DNA from: an uncultured Pseudobdellovibrionaceae bacterium
GTDB lineage: Bacteria; Bdellovibrionota_B; Oligoflexia; Oligoflexales; Bog-1112
Assembly: GCA_964611335.1 (NCBI GenBank)
Contig: CAZSXR010000001.1
Coordinates: 828,818 to 892,817 of the forward strand
Direction of reading: 5' to 3'
DNA: 64,000 nt
The notes beneath the pieces are model-generated. The model did no database searches and was not told the origin of the DNA. It saw only the letters and a program-made list of their open reading frames with translations. Shown here one piece after another: positions 1-9,383 of this stretch. Every line of letters begins with the position of its first letter. The stretch's first letter is position 1. The position numbers and the translations under genes are program-made.

Positions 1-6
1 TCTAGA

Positions 7-1419
7 CTAGTCTTTTCCAGCAATTCTATCCATCACACGTTTTGCAAGATACTGCTCCAAAACAGGACGTTGCTGACCACTGATCTTTGCCTGAATACGT
101 CCCGTTCTAGGATTCTCTACAATTGCGATGGCTTGGTTTATAAGGTTTTGATAATCCTTTTCGTTCATTCCTTTCAACTCTTTTGGGTCCAATTTTCTGA
201 TCAAAAGTTCTAGATATGCAGCTGCCATTTCCGTAGCGCTGCGACCTTGTCCACTTTTACAATGCACGAAAGCTACATAACCAGCATCTAAAGCATCTGC
301 CAAATGTCGGGTGAGAGATGCAAAACCTGCTTCGTTTGTAATGGTCGAACGGTCTGGTGTATGAAGTGTTGTGTTTTCAGATCTTGAAAGTCTATTTTGA
401 ACAATAGGCAGTTGACCATGGAGAAAATCAACTTTCCAATTTACATTCATCTTACCTGTATTTCTTCTTTGAAACTCATTGATAAGTACTTCATTATCTA
501 AATAAATCATATCCATCTGTGCCTTTTGATGTTCTAACTCGAAAGGTTGTAGCAAAGCATATTCTGAAATATCCATACTTCTTATTTCTGCCTGTAAAGA
601 CTCGGGAGTAATTTTGCCAGGTACTAAGTTTCTGGGATCAACTGTTCCTTCACTTATAGCTCTGAAAAGTTCAGAGTCAGAATGCAGTTGAAGATCTCGA
701 CCTAACTCTCTTTTCACAATTCGGAATGCAGCAAGACTCATTTGTAAGTCCATAACCAAAGCTCGATCTGGCATATGACCCAATATGGGTTGTCCTTTTA
801 TTGTGAGTGGTATCTTGTTTCCTCTCAATGAAAATTCTATTTCATTGGGTAGTACATCAAAACCGCGGACATATTTTTCAACCGTTGTATGGGGATTCGA
901 TGGATCCACTTTGCTTTTTAGATCTCTATTGATCTCTTCATACTTTCTTCCTATAGCCTTTCTAAAATAAGCGACAGCATCTCGTATCGTCGCATTTGCA
1001 ATGCGGGAAGGAAGTGCAACAATCTGCTTTTTAATAGTGGCTTTAACATAAAAGATCATAGGACGAAGGGAGTTTAAAAAAGACCCATTTAGGTTTAAAT
1101 TTTTTGAATTTACGCTGCTATTTGCCTTCCATAGGATGTGAGCATTTAATTCCCCCGCATAGTTCGCAATATTGGCAGCAGCCTCTTCTTCTGTGAGCCC
1201 TTCTGTAAGAGCTTTGTTCACATCAGGATGCAAAATAAGTATACCCTCTTCCTCACCGAACGAATGCATTTCTACAAGGGCAATATTTTTTTGATCAGTC
1301 GTTTGGACTTCTGTTGAAGCTGTTGCATCTTCATGATGACGGGCAATGTCTGAAGAATGACTCTGTTTACAATTCAAAATCAACACAAAAGAAAAAGTAA
1401 ATAGAAAATAAGACCTCAT
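7..1419 (-). CDS. Exported (lipobox-like signal) protein with C-terminal Cys-based CX5R phosphatase domain (PTEN/Cdc14/DSP-like P-loop)
   Basis: 470-aa ORF. The N-terminus MRSYFLFTFSFVLILNC looks like a signal peptide with a lipobox-like Cys. Near the C-terminus, FVHCKSGQGRSA (HCKSGQGR encoded at 241-264, minus strand) fits the HCX5R(S/T) P-loop; compare PTEN HCKAGKGRTG and Cdc14 HCKAGLGRTG (from memory). The other ~380 aa carry no motif I recognise. Confidence 0.6.
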   Translation of the reverse strand: MRSYFLFTFSFVLILNCKQSHSSDIARHHEDATASTEVQTTDQKNIALVEMHSFGEEEGILILHPDVNKALTEGLTEEEAAANIANYAGELNAHILWKANSSVNSKNLNLNGSFLNSLRPMIFYVKATIKKQIVALPSRIANATIRDAVAYFRKAIGRKYEEINRDLKSKVDPSNPHTTVEKYVRGFDVLPNEIEFSLRGNKIPLTIKGQPILGHMPDRALVMDLQMSLAAFRIVKRELGRDLQLHSDSELFRAISEGTVDPRNLVPGKITPESLQAEIRSMDISEYALLQPFELEHQKAQMDMIYLDNEVLINEFQRRNTGKMNVNWKVDFLHGQLPIVQNRLSRSENTTLHTPDRSTITNEAGFASLTRHLADALDAGYVAFVHCKSGQGRSATEMAAAYLELLIRKLDPKELKGMNEKDYQNLINQAIAIVENPRTGRIQAKISGQQRPVLEQYLAKRVMDRIAGKD

Positions 1420-1533
1420 ACATTTTCCTTTTAAAAATCTAGGAACTTTATCGGTTTTTTTGAAAGATTCTTAATGTCTTGGGAAGATCATCTGTGAAAA
1501 ACTATGAGAATTTTTTAAGAATAGGATTTATTT

Positions 1534-1917
1534 CTAGAAGAAATCCGATGGGATGCGAATAGGAAAACCTCGATCATTGACGGTTACCAAATGTATAAGC
1601 CCCGTCACGAATTTATCTCCATCGCTGTGATGGTAAGCTGTGTGCTGACATTTCACAAGCACACCATGGTCGAAATCGATCTGTGTGTGTACACGGATCA
1701 AATCTCCATAGCGTGCTGCTTTATGAAAATCGAGATGAGCATCTTTGACGACAAAATGACGACCCTGTGTAAACATGTCTTGCAAATGCTTGCGTCCAAA
1801 AAGTTCTTCGCGAGCACGACTGAAATATTTCAAATAATTTGAGTGAAACACAAATCCTGAAAAATCAGTATCCTCATAGAACACAGGAACCATCAATTCA
1901 CCCGTCAGTGATCTCAT
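1534..1917 (-). CDS. 4HBT/YbgC-type acyl-CoA thioesterase (hotdog fold)
   Basis: VPVFYEDTDFSGFVFHSNYLKYF matches the N-terminal catalytic-Asp motif of YbgC/4-hydroxybenzoyl-CoA thioesterases. ATG at 1917 is preferred over the in-frame TTG at 1920 used by the ORF track. Confidence 0.75.
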   Translation of the reverse strand: MRSLTGELMVPVFYEDTDFSGFVFHSNYLKYFSRAREELFGRKHLQDMFTQGRHFVVKDAHLDFHKAARYGDLIRVHTQIDFDHGVLVKCQHTAYHHSDGDKFVTGLIHLVTVNDRGFPIRIPSDFF

Positions 1918-1929
1918 CAAGTGCCTCTC

Positions 1930-4617
1930 TTAGGGTCTGTTGTTAAACTTGTTCAACAAATCGCTCATGGAGAAATTCTTATCCTGAGAAGGTTTTCCAG
2001 GGATGCGAGGTCCTTTCGAACCCTGTTGAGGTCTCTGCGGTCTTGACTCATTGTGAGAGGCACCTTTGCGCTCTTTTATCATCACATTGTGTCTGTTCTG
2101 AGAGACGCTTGGTTCTGCAACTTGACTTTTATCTACAGGTTTTAACGCAAAACCTCCAGAGCTTGGTGTCAAAGTTGTTTTCGCCTGAGGACGACTCACA
2201 GGTGACAAAACAGGCCCATTGGATCTCTGAAGTACAGGTTTTGTAGGAGCCTCTTTTGCTTCAGCACTATCTTTGCGTGTGGAAAGACTGATGCGGTTGC
2301 GTTCAAGATCTACACCTTTGACATAAACTTCCAGAATCTGACCGACTGCGACAACGGATGCAGGATCTCCACCTGAACGGGGAAGTTCACTCACATGAAC
2401 GAGACCGTCTTGGTGTACACCGATATCAACAAAGCAACCGAATTTCGTTACGTTGGAAACGGTTCCACGCAAACGCATTCCGACTTTCAAATCGTTGATC
2501 GTTGCAATGTCGCTGGAGTAGTGTAGGCGCTCATTGTCCTGACGTGGATCTCGACCAGGTTTTGCAAGCTCTTTCACAATGTCGAAAAGAGTAGGCATAC
2601 CCACTTCCTCATCGACATACTTTTCAAGTGCAATCGTTTTTACAAGCTCATCTTTGCCTACCAGCTCCACAACAGGAACATGCAGATCTTCTGCAATTTT
2701 TTCCACAATGCTATAACGCTCAGGATGCACAGCAGAGTTGTCGAGTGGATTTTCACTCGCAGGTACTCTTAGAAAACCAGCAGCCTGTTCGAAAGTCTTT
2801 GGTCCAAAACCTGCGATTTCCAGCAGAGATTTACGATCTTTGAAAGGACCGCTTTGATCTCTGTGCGCAACTATGTTTTTCGCAAGAGTTGGACCTATAC
2901 CGGAAACATAACCGAGAAGTTTGAACGATGCCGTATTCAAATCCACACCGACATTGTTCACACAACTTTCAACCGTTTCCTGCAAACTTTTATCAAGTTT
3001 GGAAACTTCACAGTCATGTTGGTACTGACCTACACCCAAAGAGCGAGGATCGATCTTTACAAGTTCAGCAAGAGGATCTTGCAAACGACGTGCAATACTT
3101 ACAGCGCTGCGAATTGTAGGATCGAGGTCTGGGAATTCTTCACGTGCAATATCGTCGGTTGAATAAACACTCGCACCAGATTCATTGACTATGTAACGTT
3201 TGATATGCTCAAAACCTTCTGAACGTACAACCTTCAAAAGAACTTGGTCGATCTCTCGACTTCCTGTCCCATTGCCTAAAGCAATGCATGTGACTTTGTG
3301 TTTTGTAAACAGATTACGAAGGATGTGTTCTGCCTGAGTGATCTGATCTTGAGAATGTTCTGCAAGTTCTTTTGTTTCTTTAACTTCGATTTCACTCTCT
3401 TCTTTTTTGTTTCCGTTCACTTCTTCATCTTCGGGAGCTATCTCTACAGAAGCTTCTGCAGCTTTTTGCTTGCGTGGCATTTTAAGAAGTTTCGGATAGA
3501 GAACACAGTGTTCGAGTAAACTTCCTGTTTCCGAAACGATTGCAATTTTAGCACCTGTGCGAAGACCAGGATCGACACCGCATACAACATTGCGTGGAGT
3601 CGGAGGTAAAAGTAGGAGGTTGCGTAAGTTAGAAGCGAAAACACGAATGGCTTCGTTCTCTGAACGCATTTTGATTTCCATTCGTATTTCAGTTTCAATA
3701 GCAGGTGCTAACAGACGTTTGTACGCATCGCTCACTGTGCGTGTGAACCATTCGTCAAGTTCAGGTGCAAGTTCTTGAACGTGTTTTTCGTCTTTAATCG
3801 TTTGATACAATTCAGAACGAATCTTTTCTTCATCGACTTCGATGTTCACGATCAAAACTTTTTCTGCTTCTCCACGACGAACTGCCATGACGCGATGAGA
3901 AGGTGCACGCTGAATGTCTTCTCTGTATTCAAAATAATTTTCGTATTTGCTTGCAGCTTTGAGAGATTCGGAATCTGTAGGAAAACGTTCGTTCTTACGC
4001 GCAACGATAAAGCCTGAAGCCTGGCTGATGCGACGCACGATGTTTCTGTACTCCGCTGTTTCGTTGATCTGTTCTGCGTAAATATCAGCAGCTCCACGGA
4101 GAGCATCCTCTTCGTCAAGAACTTGCAAGTTTGCAGGAACACCCTCTGTTTTGAGGAAAGGATGAGCAAGAGCCTTCAAATCTATGGAAGCATTGGCCCA
4201 GTTTTCAAAAATAGCCTGGAGCAAAGGCTCAAGACCTTTTTCTCTTGCTGTCATAGCGCGTGTGCGACGTTTTGGTTTAAAGGGTAGGTATATATCTTCG
4301 AGTTCTTGTTTGCTTACACACTTCGCAATTTTTTCACGAAGCAGTGGAAGTTTTTCTTGAATCTCGGGCTTCTCTTTAGCGTGTTCTTCAATAACTTTGA
4401 GATAACGCTCTTTTGTTGCTTCGAGATCCTGCATATAGATGTAGCGATCACGCAACTTGCAAAGAACGACTTCGGACATTGAGCCGGTTTTTTCTTTGCG
4501 GTAACGGGTGATGAAAGGAATGGTTCCCTTCTCTTCGAAAAGAAGATGAATGGCATTCCGTGCATGACCTTCGTCAATTTGTAATTCTTCAGCTAACTGC
4601 TTGACAAGAACTGACAT
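1930..4617 (-). CDS. tex: Tex-like transcription accessory protein (S1 RNA-binding domain protein)
   Basis: 895-aa ORF. The N-terminus ...GTIPFITRYRKEKTGSM is the Tex hallmark. It has YqgF-like and helix-hairpin-helix segments and a C-terminal S1 domain (GMRLRGTVSNVTKFGCFVDIGVHQDGLVHVSEL). It carries an acidic insert and a long basic tail relative to typical Tex. Confidence 0.9.
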   Translation of the reverse strand: MSVLVKQLAEELQIDEGHARNAIHLLFEEKGTIPFITRYRKEKTGSMSEVVLCKLRDRYIYMQDLEATKERYLKVIEEHAKEKPEIQEKLPLLREKIAKCVSKQELEDIYLPFKPKRRTRAMTAREKGLEPLLQAIFENWANASIDLKALAHPFLKTEGVPANLQVLDEEDALRGAADIYAEQINETAEYRNIVRRISQASGFIVARKNERFPTDSESLKAASKYENYFEYREDIQRAPSHRVMAVRRGEAEKVLIVNIEVDEEKIRSELYQTIKDEKHVQELAPELDEWFTRTVSDAYKRLLAPAIETEIRMEIKMRSENEAIRVFASNLRNLLLLPPTPRNVVCGVDPGLRTGAKIAIVSETGSLLEHCVLYPKLLKMPRKQKAAEASVEIAPEDEEVNGNKKEESEIEVKETKELAEHSQDQITQAEHILRNLFTKHKVTCIALGNGTGSREIDQVLLKVVRSEGFEHIKRYIVNESGASVYSTDDIAREEFPDLDPTIRSAVSIARRLQDPLAELVKIDPRSLGVGQYQHDCEVSKLDKSLQETVESCVNNVGVDLNTASFKLLGYVSGIGPTLAKNIVAHRDQSGPFKDRKSLLEIAGFGPKTFEQAAGFLRVPASENPLDNSAVHPERYSIVEKIAEDLHVPVVELVGKDELVKTIALEKYVDEEVGMPTLFDIVKELAKPGRDPRQDNERLHYSSDIATINDLKVGMRLRGTVSNVTKFGCFVDIGVHQDGLVHVSELPRSGGDPASVVAVGQILEVYVKGVDLERNRISLSTRKDSAEAKEAPTKPVLQRSNGPVLSPVSRPQAKTTLTPSSGGFALKPVDKSQVAEPSVSQNRHNVMIKERKGASHNESRPQRPQQGSKGPRIPGKPSQDKNFSMSDLLNKFNNRP

Positions 4618-4680
4618 ACCTAAGTCCTATAAATGATTTATCATCGATACAATAAAGCGCCGATTAGGGGCTCGCATGGG

Positions 4681-5100
4681 TTAGTTACATATTTCTGTAT
4701 TTGCGAAGAAATAGTTTAACTCGCGTTGTGCGGATTGGGGAGAGTCCGAACCATGCACACTGTTTTCTCCAATGCTTTTTGCATAGAGCTTGCGAATGGT
4801 TCCGTCTGCTGCCTTAGATGGGTCCGTTGCACCCATCACTTCGCGATTCTTCAGAATCGCATTTTTCCCGCGTAGCGCGAGTAGAACGACAGGTGAAGAC
4901 GACATGAACTCGACAAGTTCACCAAAGAAAGGGCGAGCTTTGTGTTCAGCGTAAAAACCTTCTGCTTCTTGGCGTGTTACATGTTTCATCTTCATCGCTG
5001 CTATATGAAGACCATTCTGCTCGTAATGAGCAATGATCTTTCCAATCAGATTTCTCTGAACAGCATCCGGTTTGATAATTCCAAAAGTTAATTCTTCCAT
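4681..5100 (-). CDS. ndk: Nucleoside diphosphate kinase
   Basis: 139 aa. FGIIKPDAV near the N-terminus and the active-site His context NSVHGSDS; typical Ndk length. Confidence 0.95.
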   Translation of the reverse strand: MEELTFGIIKPDAVQRNLIGKIIAHYEQNGLHIAAMKMKHVTRQEAEGFYAEHKARPFFGELVEFMSSSPVVLLALRGKNAILKNREVMGATDPSKAADGTIRKLYAKSIGENSVHGSDSPQSAQRELNYFFANTEICN

Positions 5101-5329
5101 TGTGTTTCCTCCATGTTTTGTAAGGGCCCATAGTACTCAATTTCTCCGAATTGACAAGCTAGTACCGCCGGTGCGGGGGATTCTTCGAGAAAATAAAGAT
5201 CGGCGAGCCATTCTTCCTAAAAACGGCGGTATCTGACTGTATTTGCAATTCTATCTCAAGAAATATTCAAGATTTTCGAGAGGGAGCCGAATCAAGGCTT
5301 CGAGGTTTAATAAGAGTGGAAAAGGGCTT

Positions 5330-6019
5330 ATGACGGAATCTTTGGTTGAATTTTTCAACAACAGCTTCGTGTATTATTGTGTTTTGGATTCAGAATATAA
5401 GTTTTTATTGGTGAATCCTGCATTCGAGCAAAGACTGGGTTATGCTTATAACGATATGTTAGGGAAGTCTTTTATAGATTTTTTACATGAGAATGATCGT
5501 GTTCAAACGTTAAAAGTCATGCAGTCCATTAAAGAGGACAAAGGATACGAAGTCCCTTTCGAAAGTCGTATATGCAGTAAGTTCGGTATTTATTTTAAAC
5601 TTTCATGGTCTTGTTTTTGCAGAAATGGAAAGACCTATGTGAGTGGTCGATATCTAAATGAAGACTCTTTCAATACCCCTGAAAAAAAAGCAAGACGCAT
5701 TGCCAATTTAAGTTTGCTTGCGATGAGTAAGATGGTGGGTGGTATTGCTCATGAGATCAATAATCCTCTTGCAATCATTCATGGCAGAGCCAATATGTTT
5801 AAAAATTTGATTAGTGAAAAAAACGATCTCAATAGAGACGACTTGATTTCTATGGTTTCAGCGATGGAAGAGACCTCTTTGCGTATTGCAAAAATATTGC
5901 AAAATCTTCGTGTGTTTGCACATGAAAGCAATCCTGATCTTTTGGAAGATTCTACTTTGAAAAAAAAGATTGAAAGCGCGTTGTCAGAAGAATTAAGGGA
6001 TTTTCAGAAAAAACAATAG
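5330..6019 (+). CDS. PAS + HisKA(DHp) protein lacking a catalytic HATPase domain
   Basis: The track ORF starts at TTG 5243; I use the first ATG at 5330. A PAS-like segment (YYCVLDSEYKFLLVNPAFEQRLGY) is followed by the H-box GGIAHEINNPLAII (His codon 5750-5752). The ORF stops 9 nt before the next gene with no N/G1/F/G2 ATP-binding boxes. Confidence 0.6.
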   Translation: MTESLVEFFNNSFVYYCVLDSEYKFLLVNPAFEQRLGYAYNDMLGKSFIDFLHENDRVQTLKVMQSIKEDKGYEVPFESRICSKFGIYFKLSWSCFCRNGKTYVSGRYLNEDSFNTPEKKARRIANLSLLAMSKMVGGIAHEINNPLAIIHGRANMFKNLISEKNDLNRDDLISMVSAMEETSLRIAKILQNLRVFAHESNPDLLEDSTLKKKIESALSEELRDFQKKQ

Positions 6020-6028
6020 AGGTGACCT

Positions 6029-6769
6029 ATGGATTCAAAATCATTTTCAATTTTAGTTGTCGATGATGAAGAGGGTATACGCTCCATGATTTCGGAAGTT
6101 CTTCGTTTAGAAGGTTACGATTGCATCACTGCAAAAGATGGAGAGGAAGCATACAAAGCCATCTGTTCACAGAAAATTGATGCGGTTATTTCCGATATTA
6201 TGATGCCGGAGTTAGGCGGTCTGGATCTTCTGGATAAAGTTAAAGATCGTAACCCTTTGCTTCCCCACTTAGCTTTGATTTCAGGTTTTACAGAGGCTTC
6301 GTTAGCAGATGTTTATGACAAAGGAGCGGAAGCCTTTCTTGCAAAACCCTTTGAAATACGTTCTTTAGTTAACCTCGTAAGACGTTTACTGAGTCCTATG
6401 GAAAATTTATGGAAGGATGAGTTAGAAGAGAATGAAAATAGATTTTTAAAATATAAATTTCCTTCTTTTAAAGAAAGTATACAGGATCGAAAACTTTTAC
6501 TAGGAAGGGGTGGATTCTTTCTCAATGCAGAGTGTCTTGAAAATATCCCTACCATAGGTTCTCAGGTTCGCTTTCATTTCGATTTCGAGAAAAAAGATCA
6601 CAGCCCCATTTACGGGCAAGGCACTGTGCGTTGGATTCGAAAAAAGGAACAACCTGAGTACAGCGCTGGTGTTGGTGTGGAATTTGATTTTCTAGATATA
6701 AACTCGCGTGCAGATTTTGTATACGATGTGAAAACATCAAAATCTAAAGCCTTCATCCCGAAGGGTTAA
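6029..6769 (+). CDS. Response regulator: receiver domain + PilZ-like C-terminal domain
   Basis: Receiver motifs are present: ILVVDDEEG, DAVISDIMMPELGG (phospho-acceptor Asp) and LAKPF. The C-terminal ~100 aa (GRGGFFL...GQGTVRWI...GVGVEFDFLD) resemble a PilZ-type beta-barrel with non-canonical RxxxR/DxSxxG motifs. Confidence 0.7.
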   Translation: MDSKSFSILVVDDEEGIRSMISEVLRLEGYDCITAKDGEEAYKAICSQKIDAVISDIMMPELGGLDLLDKVKDRNPLLPHLALISGFTEASLADVYDKGAEAFLAKPFEIRSLVNLVRRLLSPMENLWKDELEENENRFLKYKFPSFKESIQDRKLLLGRGGFFLNAECLENIPTIGSQVRFHFDFEKKDHSPIYGQGTVRWIRKKEQPEYSAGVGVEFDFLDINSRADFVYDVKTSKSKAFIPKG

Positions 6770-6771
6770 AT

Positions 6772-8133
6772 TCAACGTGATATAGGAATGGATAAATCTA
6801 GTGGGGAGGATTCTAATGGTTCATCTTCAATACTAGGTTTTAAGTCATAGGGATGCGATGCAAGCCCACTTCCTTTTTTGGGATTAAAAATAGCATGGTC
6901 GAAATGACGGTCATACGGGAGAAATAAATCACTGTCGAGATGATTTAAAAGTTCTGCACGTATTTCAGATGGGGATTTTGAAGGCGAGAATTCTAGAGAA
7001 GCATAGCGTAGAGCAAGAGGAGATGAATAACTTGTCCCTTTGCCCACTTTTAAAAAATTTCCTATGTAGCTCGTTACAATATCAGATCCTACTGCGTAAA
7101 GATCTACGCATTTACCGTAATTGCTAAATTTACTTCGGGTGTGAGGAATATCATAACTTCCAACTGAGAGAAAATGACGAGAGTGTGTGCAGTCGTAATC
7201 TTCCTTTTTTGAATTTGTGTCCAGGCCTGAGTTGCCTGATGCTCGGAAGGTTAAATATTTATTATCATCGTAAAAAAGACCTTCTTTTTTTGCAATCTCT
7301 TCCTCAATTGTTCTGATATTAGTAAAGTACTGAGACATTGGATCAATCAGCTTTGTATCGCAATGCTTCTCCTTTATCAGATCTTCGATGCTTTTTCGAT
7401 CTCGTCCATAACTTTTATTGACCAAAGTTACGTGATGTTTTTTTGCGATCTCATCCAGAATCCTCCATTCTGAAAGAATTCCTTTTTTAATTATAAGTTT
7501 TTGTACCGCTTCCTCTGCAAAAGCTGACCAAAAGGGGATCTTTCTTTCAAGTCCTGCGCAGTCAAGCGCCCTCTTCTTCCTGATAGATTTTTTTTCGATA
7601 AGTACAAATTTTACTTTTGGATTTTTATACGCAATAAGGGATCCCGTTTGCGTGCCGTGAGACTGGGAAGATATGGATTTCAAAAAATCTTTAACTTCTT
7701 CTAATTCAGGCCCTGCAAAACTCTTACCATTAATATAACTATTCCACTCTTTGCGGAGAGTTTGGATGTGTTCGGGAATGTCTATAGGATGAGATTGAAT
7801 TCCTTCACTAAGTTTACATTCTCTTCCAAAGATAAAAGAGTCTCGACTTTCTAATTCATTTTTAAGATTGCCAGCGGGTATATCTTCATATTCATTAATG
7901 GACTTACAAGCGAGAGTATAAGTAGCAATAATTTTATCTTTAAATACATTATTATGAGGATCTATCCCCCGATCAATCAGCATGACAATATGCTCATGAC
8001 GAGGTTCAGGTTCTGGATGAGGTTCATTCTTGTGCTGAGGTTTATGCTTGTGATCTAGGTTGGGTTGCGCATTCACGTTATCGTGTTTGCATCCATTGAA
8101 AATGAGCAATGAAAGAATAAGTGCTCTTTTCAT
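6772..8133 (-). CDS. Subtilisin-like serine protease (peptidase S8), lipoprotein
   Basis: The track ORF extends to 8352 and overlaps the upstream porin gene. I moved the start to ATG 8133, which gives the lipoprotein signal MKRALILSLLIFNGC. Subtilase motifs occur in order: D (LIDRGIDPHN), H (SHGTQTGS), N (VNKSYG), S (GKGTSYSSP). Confidence 0.75.
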   Translation of the reverse strand: MKRALILSLLIFNGCKHDNVNAQPNLDHKHKPQHKNEPHPEPEPRHEHIVMLIDRGIDPHNNVFKDKIIATYTLACKSINEYEDIPAGNLKNELESRDSFIFGRECKLSEGIQSHPIDIPEHIQTLRKEWNSYINGKSFAGPELEEVKDFLKSISSQSHGTQTGSLIAYKNPKVKFVLIEKKSIRKKRALDCAGLERKIPFWSAFAEEAVQKLIIKKGILSEWRILDEIAKKHHVTLVNKSYGRDRKSIEDLIKEKHCDTKLIDPMSQYFTNIRTIEEEIAKKEGLFYDDNKYLTFRASGNSGLDTNSKKEDYDCTHSRHFLSVGSYDIPHTRSKFSNYGKCVDLYAVGSDIVTSYIGNFLKVGKGTSYSSPLALRYASLEFSPSKSPSEIRAELLNHLDSDLFLPYDRHFDHAIFNPKKGSGLASHPYDLKPSIEDEPLESSPLDLSIPISR

Positions 8134-8152
8134 AGAGACTCCCATCCTAGAA

Positions 8153-9349
8153 TTAGAACTTAACGACGATCTCCGAAGTGATAATACTCGCCTGCTGCCC
8201 CGTTCCTCCCTCTGCTGTTCCATAAGCGATATCTCGAGCGTATTCAAATCTGAGTCCTGCTTCTTTCGTAAGTGGAAATGAATAATTGGCATAGTAACGA
8301 GACTTCGGCATTCCAATGGCATACAAAGAGCCATAAATGCCCTTCGTTTCATTCAGACTGGATCCAGGCACCTTACCTAATGCAACGGCTTCTGCAGTTC
8401 CTTGATAGCCGACACCTAAACGAGACCTGCAAGATTTTTCTGTATATCCCACATTAAAGCTCCAAGCAGCAGGGCGAGCGCCTTTCAATGTTGTACCACC
8501 ATCTGTCGTGTAGGGGATATCTGTCGCTGTAGATTCTCTCATACCACCAATATATTTTGCAGCAGCATCTATAGACGCTACATGGAAATCAGCGCTGAGA
8601 TCTAAAGCAGGAACTGTTTGTGTATAGGTTCCATTTTTTCCAAGTGTGCTGTTGTTTGCAACGGTACTTGTTGTGTAAATGCTTCCTAGCATGTTCTGAA
8701 TCCAACCTGCACCTAAGTGAAAGTGGGAATTTGCATTTGCATAATTATATTCTGCTTTGAATCCATGATTACGAACGCGTGTTGCATTTCCATCTTTTAC
8801 ACGGTCAGGACCTCGAAAGGTGTAAGCCTCTGCTGAAAATCCAGAATGTCTCATACCTATAGAAAGAGCGGTTGCTCGAAAGACGGAAAGAAGTTGCGTT
8901 GTGCTTTCAAGTAGGGAAGAAGAATCATAACCTCCGAAGTTAACAAATTGCCTTCCAAGTTTTGCATAGAAGGGAGTCTTCTCAGGGTTGGAATAACTTA
9001 TAAACATGTTGTTGACGAAAAGTACGTTCCCACCTCCAGCTGGACTGCGAAGAAATGCAGGTGAAGTTTGTGCATAACTCAGCATCATCAGAGTCGAGAA
9101 TCCGTGACTCAAAGTTGCTTCCGTATTTAAACTCGAAGTGTATATAACAAGGTCATTTGCGCTCGGGCTTTTATCAATCAAACCCATTGTCGTCGGTGTG
9201 CGGTCAGAACTAAACCCCGCAAGTCTCACCAACCCATAAACTTTAATTTTGTCATACCATTTTAAGTCGGGAGCAGCGGAAACTTCTGCATAAGAAAGAT
9301 GAGAGAAACCCACACATACTAAACTGGCTAATAAATTGCGAACTTTCAT
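8153..9349 (-). CDS. Outer-membrane beta-barrel protein (porin-like), family not identified
   Basis: Signal peptide MKVRNLLASLVCVGFSHLSYA. The sequence is Gly/Tyr/Asn/Thr-rich with alternating hydrophobicity and ends in ...SEIVVKF (terminal Phe). A strong SD (AAAGGAGG) precedes the ATG. Confidence 0.55.
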   Translation of the reverse strand: MKVRNLLASLVCVGFSHLSYAEVSAAPDLKWYDKIKVYGLVRLAGFSSDRTPTTMGLIDKSPSANDLVIYTSSLNTEATLSHGFSTLMMLSYAQTSPAFLRSPAGGGNVLFVNNMFISYSNPEKTPFYAKLGRQFVNFGGYDSSSLLESTTQLLSVFRATALSIGMRHSGFSAEAYTFRGPDRVKDGNATRVRNHGFKAEYNYANANSHFHLGAGWIQNMLGSIYTTSTVANNSTLGKNGTYTQTVPALDLSADFHVASIDAAAKYIGGMRESTATDIPYTTDGGTTLKGARPAAWSFNVGYTEKSCRSRLGVGYQGTAEAVALGKVPGSSLNETKGIYGSLYAIGMPKSRYYANYSFPLTKEAGLRFEYARDIAYGTAEGGTGQQASIITSEIVVKF

Positions 9350-9383
9350 TTACAACCTCCTTTTGTATACAAGTTTATGTGTA

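Noticed and set aside
1420-1533. AT-rich 8-bp inverted repeat (ATTCTTAA/TTAAGAAT) with a ~42-nt loop between the thioesterase and phosphatase genes, considered as a terminator.
   Set aside because: The stem is short and entirely AT-rich, the loop is far too long, and there is no U-tract. Such a repeat is expected by chance in AT-rich DNA.
5163-5231. GC-rich 8-bp inverted repeat (TACCGCCG / CGGCGGTA) enclosing 53 nt in the ndk / PAS-gene divergent region. I considered it as a possible riboswitch (for example c-di-GMP) or sRNA.
   Set aside because: I recognise no match to GEMM or any other riboswitch core. It is a single short stem with a large unstructured loop and unknown orientation. That is insufficient evidence without a covariance-model scan or transcript data.
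8134-8352. N-terminal extensions of track ORFs: 6772-8352, 9872-10504, 10446-11990, 18991-, 55588- and 5243-.
   Set aside because: The extensions overlap upstream genes or precede a much better start (a signal peptide appearing right after an internal Met, or an AGGAGG-spaced TTG for the biotin carboxylase). Starts were trimmed accordingly, but they remain predictions.
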